From positions 4,576,001-4,640,000 of the forward strand of contig OZ243938.1 in assembly GCA_965214095.1 (NCBI GenBank): 64,000 nt of DNA, in the 5' to 3' direction. Position numbers and translations under genes: made by a program. Shown in pieces: positions 41,272 through 50,698 of this stretch (position 1 is the first letter of the stretch; each line of letters begins with the position of its first letter). The notes below the pieces were generated by a model that saw only the letters and a list, made by a program, of their open reading frames with translations, made no database searches and had not been told where the DNA came from. This DNA is from Candidatus Poribacteria bacterium (lineage in GTDB: Bacteria; Poribacteria; WGA-4E; WGA-3G).

Positions 41272-42174
41272 ATGAAGTATAAACATCTATCAATATTTTT
41301 ATGTGTAATTTTTTATAGTCTTAGTATTTTCCTTTGTGGATGTCAGGACCCTTCTCCGATAACTAATGGAATTACTGAGGAGAATGAAGTAGTTTTTAAT
41401 GATTATCAACTTACTGAGGATGAAACATGGTTGCCTGAAAACACCTATGTAGTGAAAGGCACATTAGTAGTGCCGGCAGATATAGTACTTGAGATTATGC
41501 CGGGAACGGTTGTTAAATTTGATCGGGATGCACAAATAATGGTCACTGGTCTGAGAGCTTTACTAAAAGTTGGAACATCTCTGTTAGAGGAAAGATTAGA
41601 TGAACCTGTGACTTTTACATCAGATAGTTCAAATCCACAACCTGGGGATTGGAAAGGAATCTTTTTTGACTTTACAAAAGATGCAGATAGTTTTCTAAGA
41701 GGATTAGTCATAGAATACGCAGAGGTAGCCGTTGACATCAGATCCACTTCTCCTACATTGATAGATTGCACGCTGCAGAATAACGAAACTGCAATAGCGT
41801 TGAATGGCAGTGATTCAATAATCAGATACAATAAAATACTCAATAATGAAATAGGTATTAGTACAATTGAACGGCAGAATAGACCACAAATTGAGTCCAA
41901 TGTAATAAGAGAAAATGAGACTGGTATTTTCTGTGAGAACGTACAATCGATTATCCAGTTCAACAACTTAGAAACCAATGAATTCTCATTAAGACTAAAT
42001 GTAAAATTTGATCTACTAATTTCAAACAATTGGTGGGGGACAATTGATAGTGATAAAATTGACCAGATGATACTGGATTCTGCTGATGTAGAATTGGTGA
42101 CAAAACAATTGGGAACTGTGAATTATTTTCCGATTGCAGAAACAAGGTTCACGGAGGCTGGACCAAGGGAGTGA
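41272..42174 (+). CDS. Lipoprotein with right-handed parallel beta-helix
   Basis: Lipobox LCG-C; LEIMPGTVVKF, PVTFTS, PGDWKGI, Asn-ladder repeats, NNWWG. Confidence 0.75.
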   Translation: MKYKHLSIFLCVIFYSLSIFLCGCQDPSPITNGITEENEVVFNDYQLTEDETWLPENTYVVKGTLVVPADIVLEIMPGTVVKFDRDAQIMVTGLRALLKVGTSLLEERLDEPVTFTSDSSNPQPGDWKGIFFDFTKDADSFLRGLVIEYAEVAVDIRSTSPTLIDCTLQNNETAIALNGSDSIIRYNKILNNEIGISTIERQNRPQIESNVIRENETGIFCENVQSIIQFNNLETNEFSLRLNVKFDLLISNNWWGTIDSDKIDQMILDSADVELVTKQLGTVNYFPIAETRFTEAGPRE

Positions 42175-42180
42175 TAGGCA

Positions 42181-43383
42181 ATGTTGACCATTTTGAATAT
42201 CTCTCAGAATCATTTTGTTCGTGGTGGATCCGACCGTTATTTCTTCACTATGGCTGAGGTATTACAGAAAAATGGTCACAAGGTGATTCCGTTCACTGCT
42301 GCACATCCTAAAAATGAACCGACCGAATGGGATGAGTATTTTCCGCGGGCAGCAGATTTTGAAAATCCTGGACCAATTGATCTTTTACGTTTTATTTATT
42401 CTCGTGATGCTTCCAAATCCATTCAACGTTTATTGAAAAATACTGATATTGATATTGCACACTTTCATATATATTACGGTAAGTTAACGGCTTCAATTTT
42501 AGGTCATCTCAAAGAAGCTGGTATTCCATTGATTCAAACTCTGCATGAATACAAAATTACTTGTCCTGTATATAGTCATTTGTCAAACGATGAGATTTGT
42601 GAAGATTGCGAAGGAAAACACTTTTGGCGTGCATTACCTAAAAGGTGTAATAGAAGATCTCTGACACGTACTACATTGAGTGTGGTAGAGTCTTATGTAT
42701 CTCGCTATCTCGGTTCTGTTGATAAGTTTGACCATTTCATATCGGTTTCTCACTTTTTACGCAAAAAGATGATCCAGTATGGCGTGCCGGAAGATAAGAT
42801 TTCAACGGTACACAACTTTACTGACGTTACGAACTTTACACCGAATTATGATGAAGGGGATTATATACTCTACTTCGGGAGAGTGCATCGTAGTAAAGGG
42901 ATTTTTACTCTTATTGAAGCAGCCGCACCCCTAAAACATGTTCCGTTTTATATTGTTGGGGATGGAGAAGCAATGACTGAAGTGAAACAGTTTATAGAGG
43001 AAAATGGATGTGATCATATACAACTTTTAGGGTTTAAGAAGGGAGACGAACTCAAAGAACTGATTCAAGGGAGTATCTGTACTGTATTGCCATCGGAATG
43101 GTATGAAAATTGTCCTATGTCGGTCTTAGAATCTTATGCTTATGGTAAACCTGTAATCGGTGCTGACATTGGTGGAATCCCTGAGTTAATTGTTGATGGT
43201 GAGGATGGATTCCTTGTTCCGTCTGCTGCAACTGATTCATTGCGTGAGAAATTGCTGTGGATGGGTGAACATAAAACTGAGGCAGTAGAGATGGGGAGAA
43301 TTGGTAGAACGAAAATGGAAAGAGAATTTAATGCTGATATACACTATCAAAAGATATGTCACATTTATGAAAAAGTTTTGTAA
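42181..43383 (+). CDS. Glycosyltransferase family 4
   Basis: GGSDRY, TLHEY, FGRVHRSKG, PSEWYENCPMSVLE, IGGIPE. Confidence 0.92.
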   Translation: MLTILNISQNHFVRGGSDRYFFTMAEVLQKNGHKVIPFTAAHPKNEPTEWDEYFPRAADFENPGPIDLLRFIYSRDASKSIQRLLKNTDIDIAHFHIYYGKLTASILGHLKEAGIPLIQTLHEYKITCPVYSHLSNDEICEDCEGKHFWRALPKRCNRRSLTRTTLSVVESYVSRYLGSVDKFDHFISVSHFLRKKMIQYGVPEDKISTVHNFTDVTNFTPNYDEGDYILYFGRVHRSKGIFTLIEAAAPLKHVPFYIVGDGEAMTEVKQFIEENGCDHIQLLGFKKGDELKELIQGSICTVLPSEWYENCPMSVLESYAYGKPVIGADIGGIPELIVDGEDGFLVPSAATDSLREKLLWMGEHKTEAVEMGRIGRTKMEREFNADIHYQKICHIYEKVL

Positions 43384-43517
43384 TAATTAGAATGTATATT
43401 GTGTTGCATCAATTTCCATTATTTTGTAAAATGGGATTATATGATACTATGGATAAGTGCTTATGTTATACTAATAGCTGAGAATAAATTTATTAAAATT
43501 ATTTTATGGAGGATAAT

Positions 43518-44141
43518 ATGAAAAAAATACAAATTACATTGATATTTGTCTTGATTTGCTCATCATTAATTATGTCATGTGAGTACGCTTCAGATGTGCT
43601 GCATCCTGTTGCACCTGAAACGGACACCATGGGTCCACCAGAAGTGACAGATCCTGGGGAAATGACGGAAGTGATGGGTATGTTAGAAGGATCTCCAGTC
43701 GTTATTAATGAACTCATGGCGGATAATGATAACATTGCTATGGATCCGCAAGGGGACAACGACGATTGGGTTGAATTATTTAACCGTACTGACAGTTCTA
43801 TTGATCTTACTGGAATGTATCTTAGTGATAAAGTGGACAATCCAACTAAATGGCAATTTCCGGATGGTACAGAGATTGCTGCCAATGGATATCTCATTGT
43901 ATGGTGTGATGAAGATCATGATAATGAAGATGCTACTGAGGGTTTACATTCTAACTTCAAACTATCTAAAAGTGGTGAAACGGTCTTGTTGGTAGATACT
44001 GATGCGAATGATAATATGGTGTTGGATAGCGTTGTATTTGGTGAGCAGGAAACGGATGTTGCTATCGGTCGTATTCCAAATGGAACTGGCGATTTCCAAA
44101 TCGTACACCCCACACCCGAAGCAGAAAATACAGAAAATTAA
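43518..44141 (+). CDS. Lamin-tail-domain (LTD) lipoprotein
   Basis: Lipobox IMS-C; VVINELMA, DWVELFN, IDLTGMYLSD, FKLSKSGE, PTP. Confidence 0.82.
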   Translation: MKKIQITLIFVLICSSLIMSCEYASDVLHPVAPETDTMGPPEVTDPGEMTEVMGMLEGSPVVINELMADNDNIAMDPQGDNDDWVELFNRTDSSIDLTGMYLSDKVDNPTKWQFPDGTEIAANGYLIVWCDEDHDNEDATEGLHSNFKLSKSGETVLLVDTDANDNMVLDSVVFGEQETDVAIGRIPNGTGDFQIVHPTPEAENTEN

Positions 44142-44217
44142 GATTCATACTGCCAAATCGTACTTTAGTAAAATTCATTTCTGTTTCCCCTTAGTGAAAA
44201 TCTAAGAATATAGAAAG

Positions 44218-44277
44218 GGAAGACTGAATGAAATTGTAAGACAACTTACTCCTTCTGTTTTTATCATTCAGTCTTCC
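44218..44277. repeat. 14-bp perfect inverted repeat with inner hairpin
   Basis: GGAAGACTGAATGA ... TCATTCAGTCTTCC; loop contains GTAAG-acaa-CTTAC. Confidence 0.6.
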
Positions 44278-44315
44278 TCAATTTGTTCAAGTCTTAATAT
44301 AATTATGGATCATAA

Positions 44316-46400
44316 ATGCTAATGAAACTTTTTAATTCAACTCTGTCATCACGTTATCCTTATGAAAGACAAACCCATACATTTGCTATCATCATTCACC
44401 TAATCTTCTTGGTCTGTATGCAGTTCATTTTTTTGATTCAAGTTGCATCTGCACAGGCTGTAAACATACCTGATCCTGCTCTTCGTTCAGCTCTTGAGTT
44501 AGTATTAGGTAAACAAGTTGGTGAAGACATTACTCAAGGAGATATGGCAAGTCTATTAGTGTTTGATGCATTTGAATCTGGTATTCGCAATATTAGTGGT
44601 CTTGAGTTTGCTGTAAATCTGAATGAATTGCATCTTGGTCTTAACCGAATATCTGATATAACACCATTGAAAAGTTTGAAAAAACTTACTGTCCTAGATT
44701 TGCATCGGAACAGTAATATTTCAGATGTTTCTCCCCTCAAAGATTTAACAAATCTGACTTGGCTCTCCCTTCGAGGCAATAGAATATCAGATATGTCTTC
44801 GCTAAAGGATTTGGTAAATCTTACATACTTACATGTTGCTTATAACCGAATTTCGACTGTATCACCTTTTCAATCGTTGACAAACTTAACATTCTTGGAT
44901 ATTGAGGTGAATCGAATATCAGATTTAACACCACTCAGTGGGTTAACAAACTTGACATATCTTGATTTTGACAGCACACAAGTCTCAGATTTGACACCGC
45001 TTGAGTCATTAACAGAACTTAATGAATTAGATGCATCTGATAATCAGATTACGGATATAACAACACTGAAACATCTAACGAAACTGAAATATCTGGATCT
45101 TGATGACAATCAAATAACAGATATATCAGTACTAAGTGAGTTGACAAAGATGATGATACTGGATCTTGATGACAACCAGATATTAGATATTTCTCCACTT
45201 GAAGGTCTGACAAGACTAACCTGGCTGGATATTGATCACAGTCGGATTACAGATGTTTCACCACTAAGAAATATGGTGTTCCTAAAATATTTAGATCTTA
45301 ATGACAACATGATTACGGATTTGAGACCACTTAAGAATTTGATTAACCTTACAGAATTAGATCTTGATAGCAATATTATATCAGACATTTCGGCACTTAG
45401 AGGTTTGACTAAACTCAAAATACTAGATCTACATGGCAATAATATAAAAGACATATCACCACTGAAAAACATGAAAAATTTAACAGAATTAGATCTGGAC
45501 GATAATGAGATTATAGATATTACACCACTCAAGGACATGATACAACTCACAGTATTGGACCTTGACGGTAACAGAATAATAGATGTAACTCCACTAAAAG
45601 AGATGACAAACCTTATCGTTTTGGACTTGCATGACAACCATATATCAGATTTCTCACCGATTGAAGAATTGATTGGAAATCTAATGGACTACGATGCGAG
45701 TGGTCAAACGGATCCTCCTCCGGACCTAATTGTGGAACCTACAGTCAATTTAGCAGATGTAAACCGAGATGGTGTTGTGAATATCACAGACCTTGTTGTG
45801 ATTGCATCTAACTTTCATGATCCTGACTTAGAAACTCTCGCTGAGTCTAACATATTTCCTGATGTCAACGAGGATGGTAATGTTGATATTATAGACCTAT
45901 TAATTGTTGCATCGGAAATGAGTGCAGATGCTGATGCTCCAACACTTGACATGAAAATAGTTGAATTTTCTGATATGACAACAAAAAATCTATCACAGTG
46001 GATTTCGCACGCTAAGCAGCTTGATTTGGATGATCCACAATTGCAAAAAGGCATTGCCTTTTTAGTGCAAGTGTTAGAGGTCCTTTCTCTCGGAAATGAC
46101 CTTCCGAATAAGACAGCAATATTATTGAATTACCCAAATCCGTTTAATCCTGAGACTTGGCTACCATATCAGTTAGCGAAACCCGCAGAAGTAAGTATCT
46201 ACATTTATACTGCTGATGGAAAACTCGTACGGTCACTACATTTCGGAAATAAGTCTATTGGTATCTATCGTAGTAAATCCCGTGCAGCTTATTGGGATGG
46301 TCGGAACAACTTTGGTGAGTTAGTTGCAAGTGGGATTTATTTATATATCTTTACTGCCGATGATTTCACTGCAACTGGTAAAATGCTTCTGCGTAAGTAA
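44316..46400 (+). CDS. Secreted internalin-like LRR protein with dockerin-like EF-hand pair and FlgD-Ig/T9SS-A-like C-terminal domain
   Basis: IPDPALR cap, 22-aa LRRs, DVNRDGVVNITDL/DVNEDGNVDIIDL, NYPNPFNPETW..YWDGRN. Confidence 0.88.
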   Translation: MLMKLFNSTLSSRYPYERQTHTFAIIIHLIFLVCMQFIFLIQVASAQAVNIPDPALRSALELVLGKQVGEDITQGDMASLLVFDAFESGIRNISGLEFAVNLNELHLGLNRISDITPLKSLKKLTVLDLHRNSNISDVSPLKDLTNLTWLSLRGNRISDMSSLKDLVNLTYLHVAYNRISTVSPFQSLTNLTFLDIEVNRISDLTPLSGLTNLTYLDFDSTQVSDLTPLESLTELNELDASDNQITDITTLKHLTKLKYLDLDDNQITDISVLSELTKMMILDLDDNQILDISPLEGLTRLTWLDIDHSRITDVSPLRNMVFLKYLDLNDNMITDLRPLKNLINLTELDLDSNIISDISALRGLTKLKILDLHGNNIKDISPLKNMKNLTELDLDDNEIIDITPLKDMIQLTVLDLDGNRIIDVTPLKEMTNLIVLDLHDNHISDFSPIEELIGNLMDYDASGQTDPPPDLIVEPTVNLADVNRDGVVNITDLVVIASNFHDPDLETLAESNIFPDVNEDGNVDIIDLLIVASEMSADADAPTLDMKIVEFSDMTTKNLSQWISHAKQLDLDDPQLQKGIAFLVQVLEVLSLGNDLPNKTAILLNYPNPFNPETWLPYQLAKPAEVSIYIYTADGKLVRSLHFGNKSIGIYRSKSRAAYWDGRNNFGELVASGIYLYIFTADDFTATGKMLLRK

Positions 46401-46426
46401 ACCAATGTATTATAGGAGTCTATCAA

Positions 46427-47656
46427 TTGATACTTTTTACTTGTGATGTCTCAAGTGGTGCACGTTTCGCCGTCGAAAAACTAAGACTTAGTCAAATCCT
46501 CGTCCTTATTTTCACTGTCTGTGCACTTTTCTTAACACAGTGCCAGATAGCAAACGCGCAGACCATCAATATTCCTGATCCAAAACTGCGTGCAGTTCTT
46601 GAGTTGGCTCTCAACAAAGAAGTCGGTGAGGACATCACACAAGCTGATATGGCAAAGTTAGAATCTCTTGATGCATTTGAAGTTGGCATCACTGATTTAA
46701 CAGGACTTGAGTATGCTAGAAATTTGAAAGTAATGCATTTTGGTCTAAATCAGATTTCGAATTTGTCTCCACTCAAAGGATTGAATAAACTCACACTGTT
46801 AGATCTTCATCGAAATGGGAATATAGCGGATATATCACCACTCAAGGATTTGTCAAATCTAGCTTGGCTCTCACTTAGAGGAAACAGGATAGTAGACATG
46901 AAACCTCTTAAAGATTTGAAAAATCTAACATATTTACATATTGGATACAACCGCATATCGGATGTATCGCCCCTCAAAGATCTAAAACTATTAACATTCT
47001 TGAATCTTGATGAAAACCGTATATTGGATTTTTCACCTCTCAGTGTCTTAACAAATCTGAGATACTTAGCACTTGACGACAATAAAATTTCGAATTTGTC
47101 CCCACTTAGTGTTTTAACAAATCTAAGATATTTAAATCTTAACGATAATCAGATATCGGATATATCGCCCCTTCGTGTTCTGGTAAAGTTGGTTTTCATT
47201 GATCTTCATGGTAACCAGGTGTCAGATTTGTCCCCACTTAAGAATATGAGAGAAATGACAAACTTAAGACTTCAAGAAAATCATATAACCGATATATCAC
47301 CACTTAAAGATATGACAAAACTCATAAGGTTAGTTCTTCATGACAATCATATATTTGATTTCGCACCGATTTCTGGTGTGATTAATAATCTCATAGAATA
47401 TGACAATAGTAATCAAACTGCACCTCCTCCGCACTTGATAACAGAACTTACTTTCAACAAGGCGGATGTAAACCGCGATGGTGTTGTAAATATTACAGAT
47501 ATGGTTTTAGTTGCATCTAACTTTCGTGATTTTGACTTAGATGCTCTAGCAGAGATGAACATCTATCCAGATGTCAACAGTGATGATGATGTTGATATTA
47601 TTGATTTGCTCATAGTAGCTACTGAAATAGAGTCTACCAATGATAAAACACGATAG
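46427..47656 (+). CDS. LRR plus dockerin-like protein lacking the C-terminal domain (start uncertain)
   Basis: Paralogue of 44316; stops just after the second EF-hand. Confidence 0.8.
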   Translation: MILFTCDVSSGARFAVEKLRLSQILVLIFTVCALFLTQCQIANAQTINIPDPKLRAVLELALNKEVGEDITQADMAKLESLDAFEVGITDLTGLEYARNLKVMHFGLNQISNLSPLKGLNKLTLLDLHRNGNIADISPLKDLSNLAWLSLRGNRIVDMKPLKDLKNLTYLHIGYNRISDVSPLKDLKLLTFLNLDENRILDFSPLSVLTNLRYLALDDNKISNLSPLSVLTNLRYLNLNDNQISDISPLRVLVKLVFIDLHGNQVSDLSPLKNMREMTNLRLQENHITDISPLKDMTKLIRLVLHDNHIFDFAPISGVINNLIEYDNSNQTAPPPHLITELTFNKADVNRDGVVNITDMVLVASNFRDFDLDALAEMNIYPDVNSDDDVDIIDLLIVATEIESTNDKTR

Positions 47657-47972
47657 TTTCCAATAGATTGTCTAGTATTTCTTGTTTCACCGATTGTTAT
47701 CTAATACTATATTATAGTTGACAAGAACCTTGAAGCGTAAGCACAACAATTGTAAAAAAGTATCACCGTTTTCCCCTAGAGATTGAACTCCAAGAATTGT
47801 CTACAGCAAAATTAGAGCACTCTATCCACATAGTGTGAAGGTTATTATTGAAGTTTCTGAATCAATTAGCAATGTAGTTTATATTGAACCTTAAGTCCTG
47901 ATGAATTATTGTCATTCCGTAATAGACATTTTACTTTATCAACACACAGATATTAGAATAAGGAATATATAT

Positions 47973-50660
47973 ATGCCTAAAATCTCAAGTATTATATTTA
48001 TTATACTTTATGGAATAATTTGTAACTTATTACCATCTTCTGCCGATATCCAATTTGAAGATGTATCGCATCAGGCAGGAATCACGCGAATTGGAGAGAG
48101 TTGGGGAAATGCATGGGGTGATTTTGATGGAGATGGTTATCTCGACTTATGGGCAACTAACTACAAGCACAAACCAAGTCTTTACAGGAACAATCGTGAT
48201 GGGACTTTTACAGATATTATTGACCAAGTATGGGATGCATATCACTTCGCAGACACGCATGGTGTTGCATGGGCAGATTTTGACAATGATGGTGACCAAG
48301 ATTTGATCGTCTTATGTGGAGCTGGAGGTGCGACGAATCGGATAAACCAAACTCATTATAATCATTTCTATATCAATGAGAAAAATAAACTAATTGAGCG
48401 TGCAGTTGAATTCGGTATTGACATGCCTTTACTGCGAGGTAGGGCTCCATTGTGGTTTGATTGGAACAAAGATGGACTCCTTGATCTCTTGGTAACTGGA
48501 AAAACCCAAACTGACCAGACTGGTAATCTTGTATCATCAACAATTTTTGAGCAAACTCAAACAGGATTTGAGAATGTAAATACAGAATCAGGATGTCATA
48601 TTGAAAAAGATTCCGCATTAGCCCAACTTGCTGATGTTACTGGTGATGGTGTTATGGAAATTTTTGTAGATGGTAATCTCTACCCCGCACATATATATGA
48701 TACATCATTTACACCCTTTAATGATATTTTAGCTGCTTTCAATTTCCCTAGAGTCTATAGTGTGCAAGATGCAGCGTTTGCCGATTTCAACGGTGATTTA
48801 GTTCCAGATGTGTTTGTAGCACGTGGTGTGTATAGATCTTTCATTGATGTATCAGGAGCAAATAATGTAAGAAACGCAGGTGATCTCACTGATCTAGAAA
48901 CAAATTCTTACATGATAAGAGTCAATGTAAAAGCTAATATCGGTGAAAAAGGTTTTAGTTTTAAGACAGAAGGACTTGTCAAATTTGAGGTGCATTCCGA
49001 TTGGGCATCGCAACTTCACCATTTGGTAATCGGCAAAAATGGAAATAATGTGTTTTCATTTGATGGAGAATTTGTACCAACGGATCGTGAGCGAAATGTT
49101 TCATCATTTACTGTTGTACTTGATCCTACTGACCCGAGAGTCGTTGGGTTGGCTGATCGGCCTGAAAACGAAAAATGGAGAACATACATTGGATATGAGC
49201 CAGAATCAAACCGATGGACAGTCTTATACCATACGAATCCACCTATTGATACAAATTGGACAGGATTTGAAGCTGTTATATCTTCGGTAAATTCGATAGT
49301 TGAAGTTGAAACAATTAATTTCAGTGGTTTAGATCTTTTCTATGTACCCAAGTCAATACTTTTTGTAACAGAACCACCCAATAATTTTTTGAGAAATGAT
49401 TTCTCTGAGTCAGTTGAAGCTCGTTCTGTGGTAGCAGGGGATTTTGACAATGATATGGATATTGACCTTTATATTGTTCGTTCTAATAGTGCAGCAAATC
49501 TTCCTAACCAACTCTATGAGAATCAAGGAGATGGTTCTTTTATTCAAGTGCCTGACGCTGGTGGTGCCGAAGCAAACACTCCAGGAAAGGGAATGAGTGT
49601 TACGATGGCGGACTATGACTTAGATGGTAATTTAGACTTATTTGTTACAAATGGTAGAGGAGTCTATCCATTTAACAATGGACCGGATCAACTTTTCCGT
49701 AACTTAGGGAGTGGTAACAATTGGCTTCAAATAGATTTACAAGGGACAGTATCAAATAGGGATGGGATTGGTGCGCGTCTTTTTGCTACCACACCTGATG
49801 GCAAGAAACAACTTCGTGAACGCAACGGGGGCATACATTGGGCACAACAAGATCAGAAACGTATACACTTTGGATTAGCTCAAAACGAGAAAGTCAGTGA
49901 ATTAGAAATTCATTGGCCAAGTGGAATCTTACAGAAGTTGACCGATGTTGAAGTAAACCAAGTATTGAAAGTTGTTGAAGAAGGAAAGCAACCACCGCGT
50001 GGTGATGTGAATCTGGATGGTAACATTGATATACTTGACCTTCTTATTATCGTTGCTCATTTTGGAGAAAGTTCAACATCAAACCCACGATTTGATGTAA
50101 ATAGAGATGGAAAAATAGATCTTGATGATGTCATCTATGTTATCAAAAGTATTGAAGAAAACCAAGATACTGCAGCACCAACTCTTGCTGAACAGACTTT
50201 ACCGACATCTGGAATAAAGTTAACTAACCATACTGCATTATCAGAAGTAGAAATTGCATTGCTTTTATCCTTTTATGAAAATATTGAAGAATTGTCAGAT
50301 GATACTACACAAATTGCAATTGTAAAACGATTCTTAGAAAAACTCTTGATACCGGTTAAAGTTCCAATGAAAACTAAACTACATGCAAACTATCCAAACC
50401 CGTTTAACCCTGAAACATGGATTCCTTATCAACTGGCTGAAGATTCTAACATCACAATTCGAATATATGATTCCTCTGGGAAAATCGTAAGGAAAATCCA
50501 TTCAGGACTTCAGAATTCAGGTTATTATATTAGTCGTGATAAAGCTGCCTATTGGAATGGATTAAATGAATCAGGAGAAAAAGTTGCAAGTGGAATCTAC
50601 TTTTACGAGTTAGCAACACCAACATTTAAACAGACGAGAAGATTAGTTATCAAAAAGTAA
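47973..50660 (+). CDS. CRTAC1/ASPIC-UnbV FG-GAP protein with dockerin-like and FlgD-Ig/T9SS-A-like C-terminal domain
   Basis: GDFDGDGYLDL-type repeats, NRDGIGAR..IHFGL..IHWPSG, DVNLDGNIDILDL, NYPNPFNPETW. Confidence 0.88.
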   Translation: MPKISSIIFIILYGIICNLLPSSADIQFEDVSHQAGITRIGESWGNAWGDFDGDGYLDLWATNYKHKPSLYRNNRDGTFTDIIDQVWDAYHFADTHGVAWADFDNDGDQDLIVLCGAGGATNRINQTHYNHFYINEKNKLIERAVEFGIDMPLLRGRAPLWFDWNKDGLLDLLVTGKTQTDQTGNLVSSTIFEQTQTGFENVNTESGCHIEKDSALAQLADVTGDGVMEIFVDGNLYPAHIYDTSFTPFNDILAAFNFPRVYSVQDAAFADFNGDLVPDVFVARGVYRSFIDVSGANNVRNAGDLTDLETNSYMIRVNVKANIGEKGFSFKTEGLVKFEVHSDWASQLHHLVIGKNGNNVFSFDGEFVPTDRERNVSSFTVVLDPTDPRVVGLADRPENEKWRTYIGYEPESNRWTVLYHTNPPIDTNWTGFEAVISSVNSIVEVETINFSGLDLFYVPKSILFVTEPPNNFLRNDFSESVEARSVVAGDFDNDMDIDLYIVRSNSAANLPNQLYENQGDGSFIQVPDAGGAEANTPGKGMSVTMADYDLDGNLDLFVTNGRGVYPFNNGPDQLFRNLGSGNNWLQIDLQGTVSNRDGIGARLFATTPDGKKQLRERNGGIHWAQQDQKRIHFGLAQNEKVSELEIHWPSGILQKLTDVEVNQVLKVVEEGKQPPRGDVNLDGNIDILDLLIIVAHFGESSTSNPRFDVNRDGKIDLDDVIYVIKSIEENQDTAAPTLAEQTLPTSGIKLTNHTALSEVEIALLLSFYENIEELSDDTTQIAIVKRFLEKLLIPVKVPMKTKLHANYPNPFNPETWIPYQLAEDSNITIRIYDSSGKIVRKIHSGLQNSGYYISRDKAAYWNGLNESGEKVASGIYFYELATPTFKQTRRLVIKK

Positions 50661-50698
50661 CCAATTTCCTGTATACGTTTTTTATTTTATTTACAATA

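Noticed and set aside
47656-47970. Remnant of the missing C-terminal domain of the 46427 gene
   Set aside because: No YPNPFN-like motif found by eye; only a very weak resemblance to the linker
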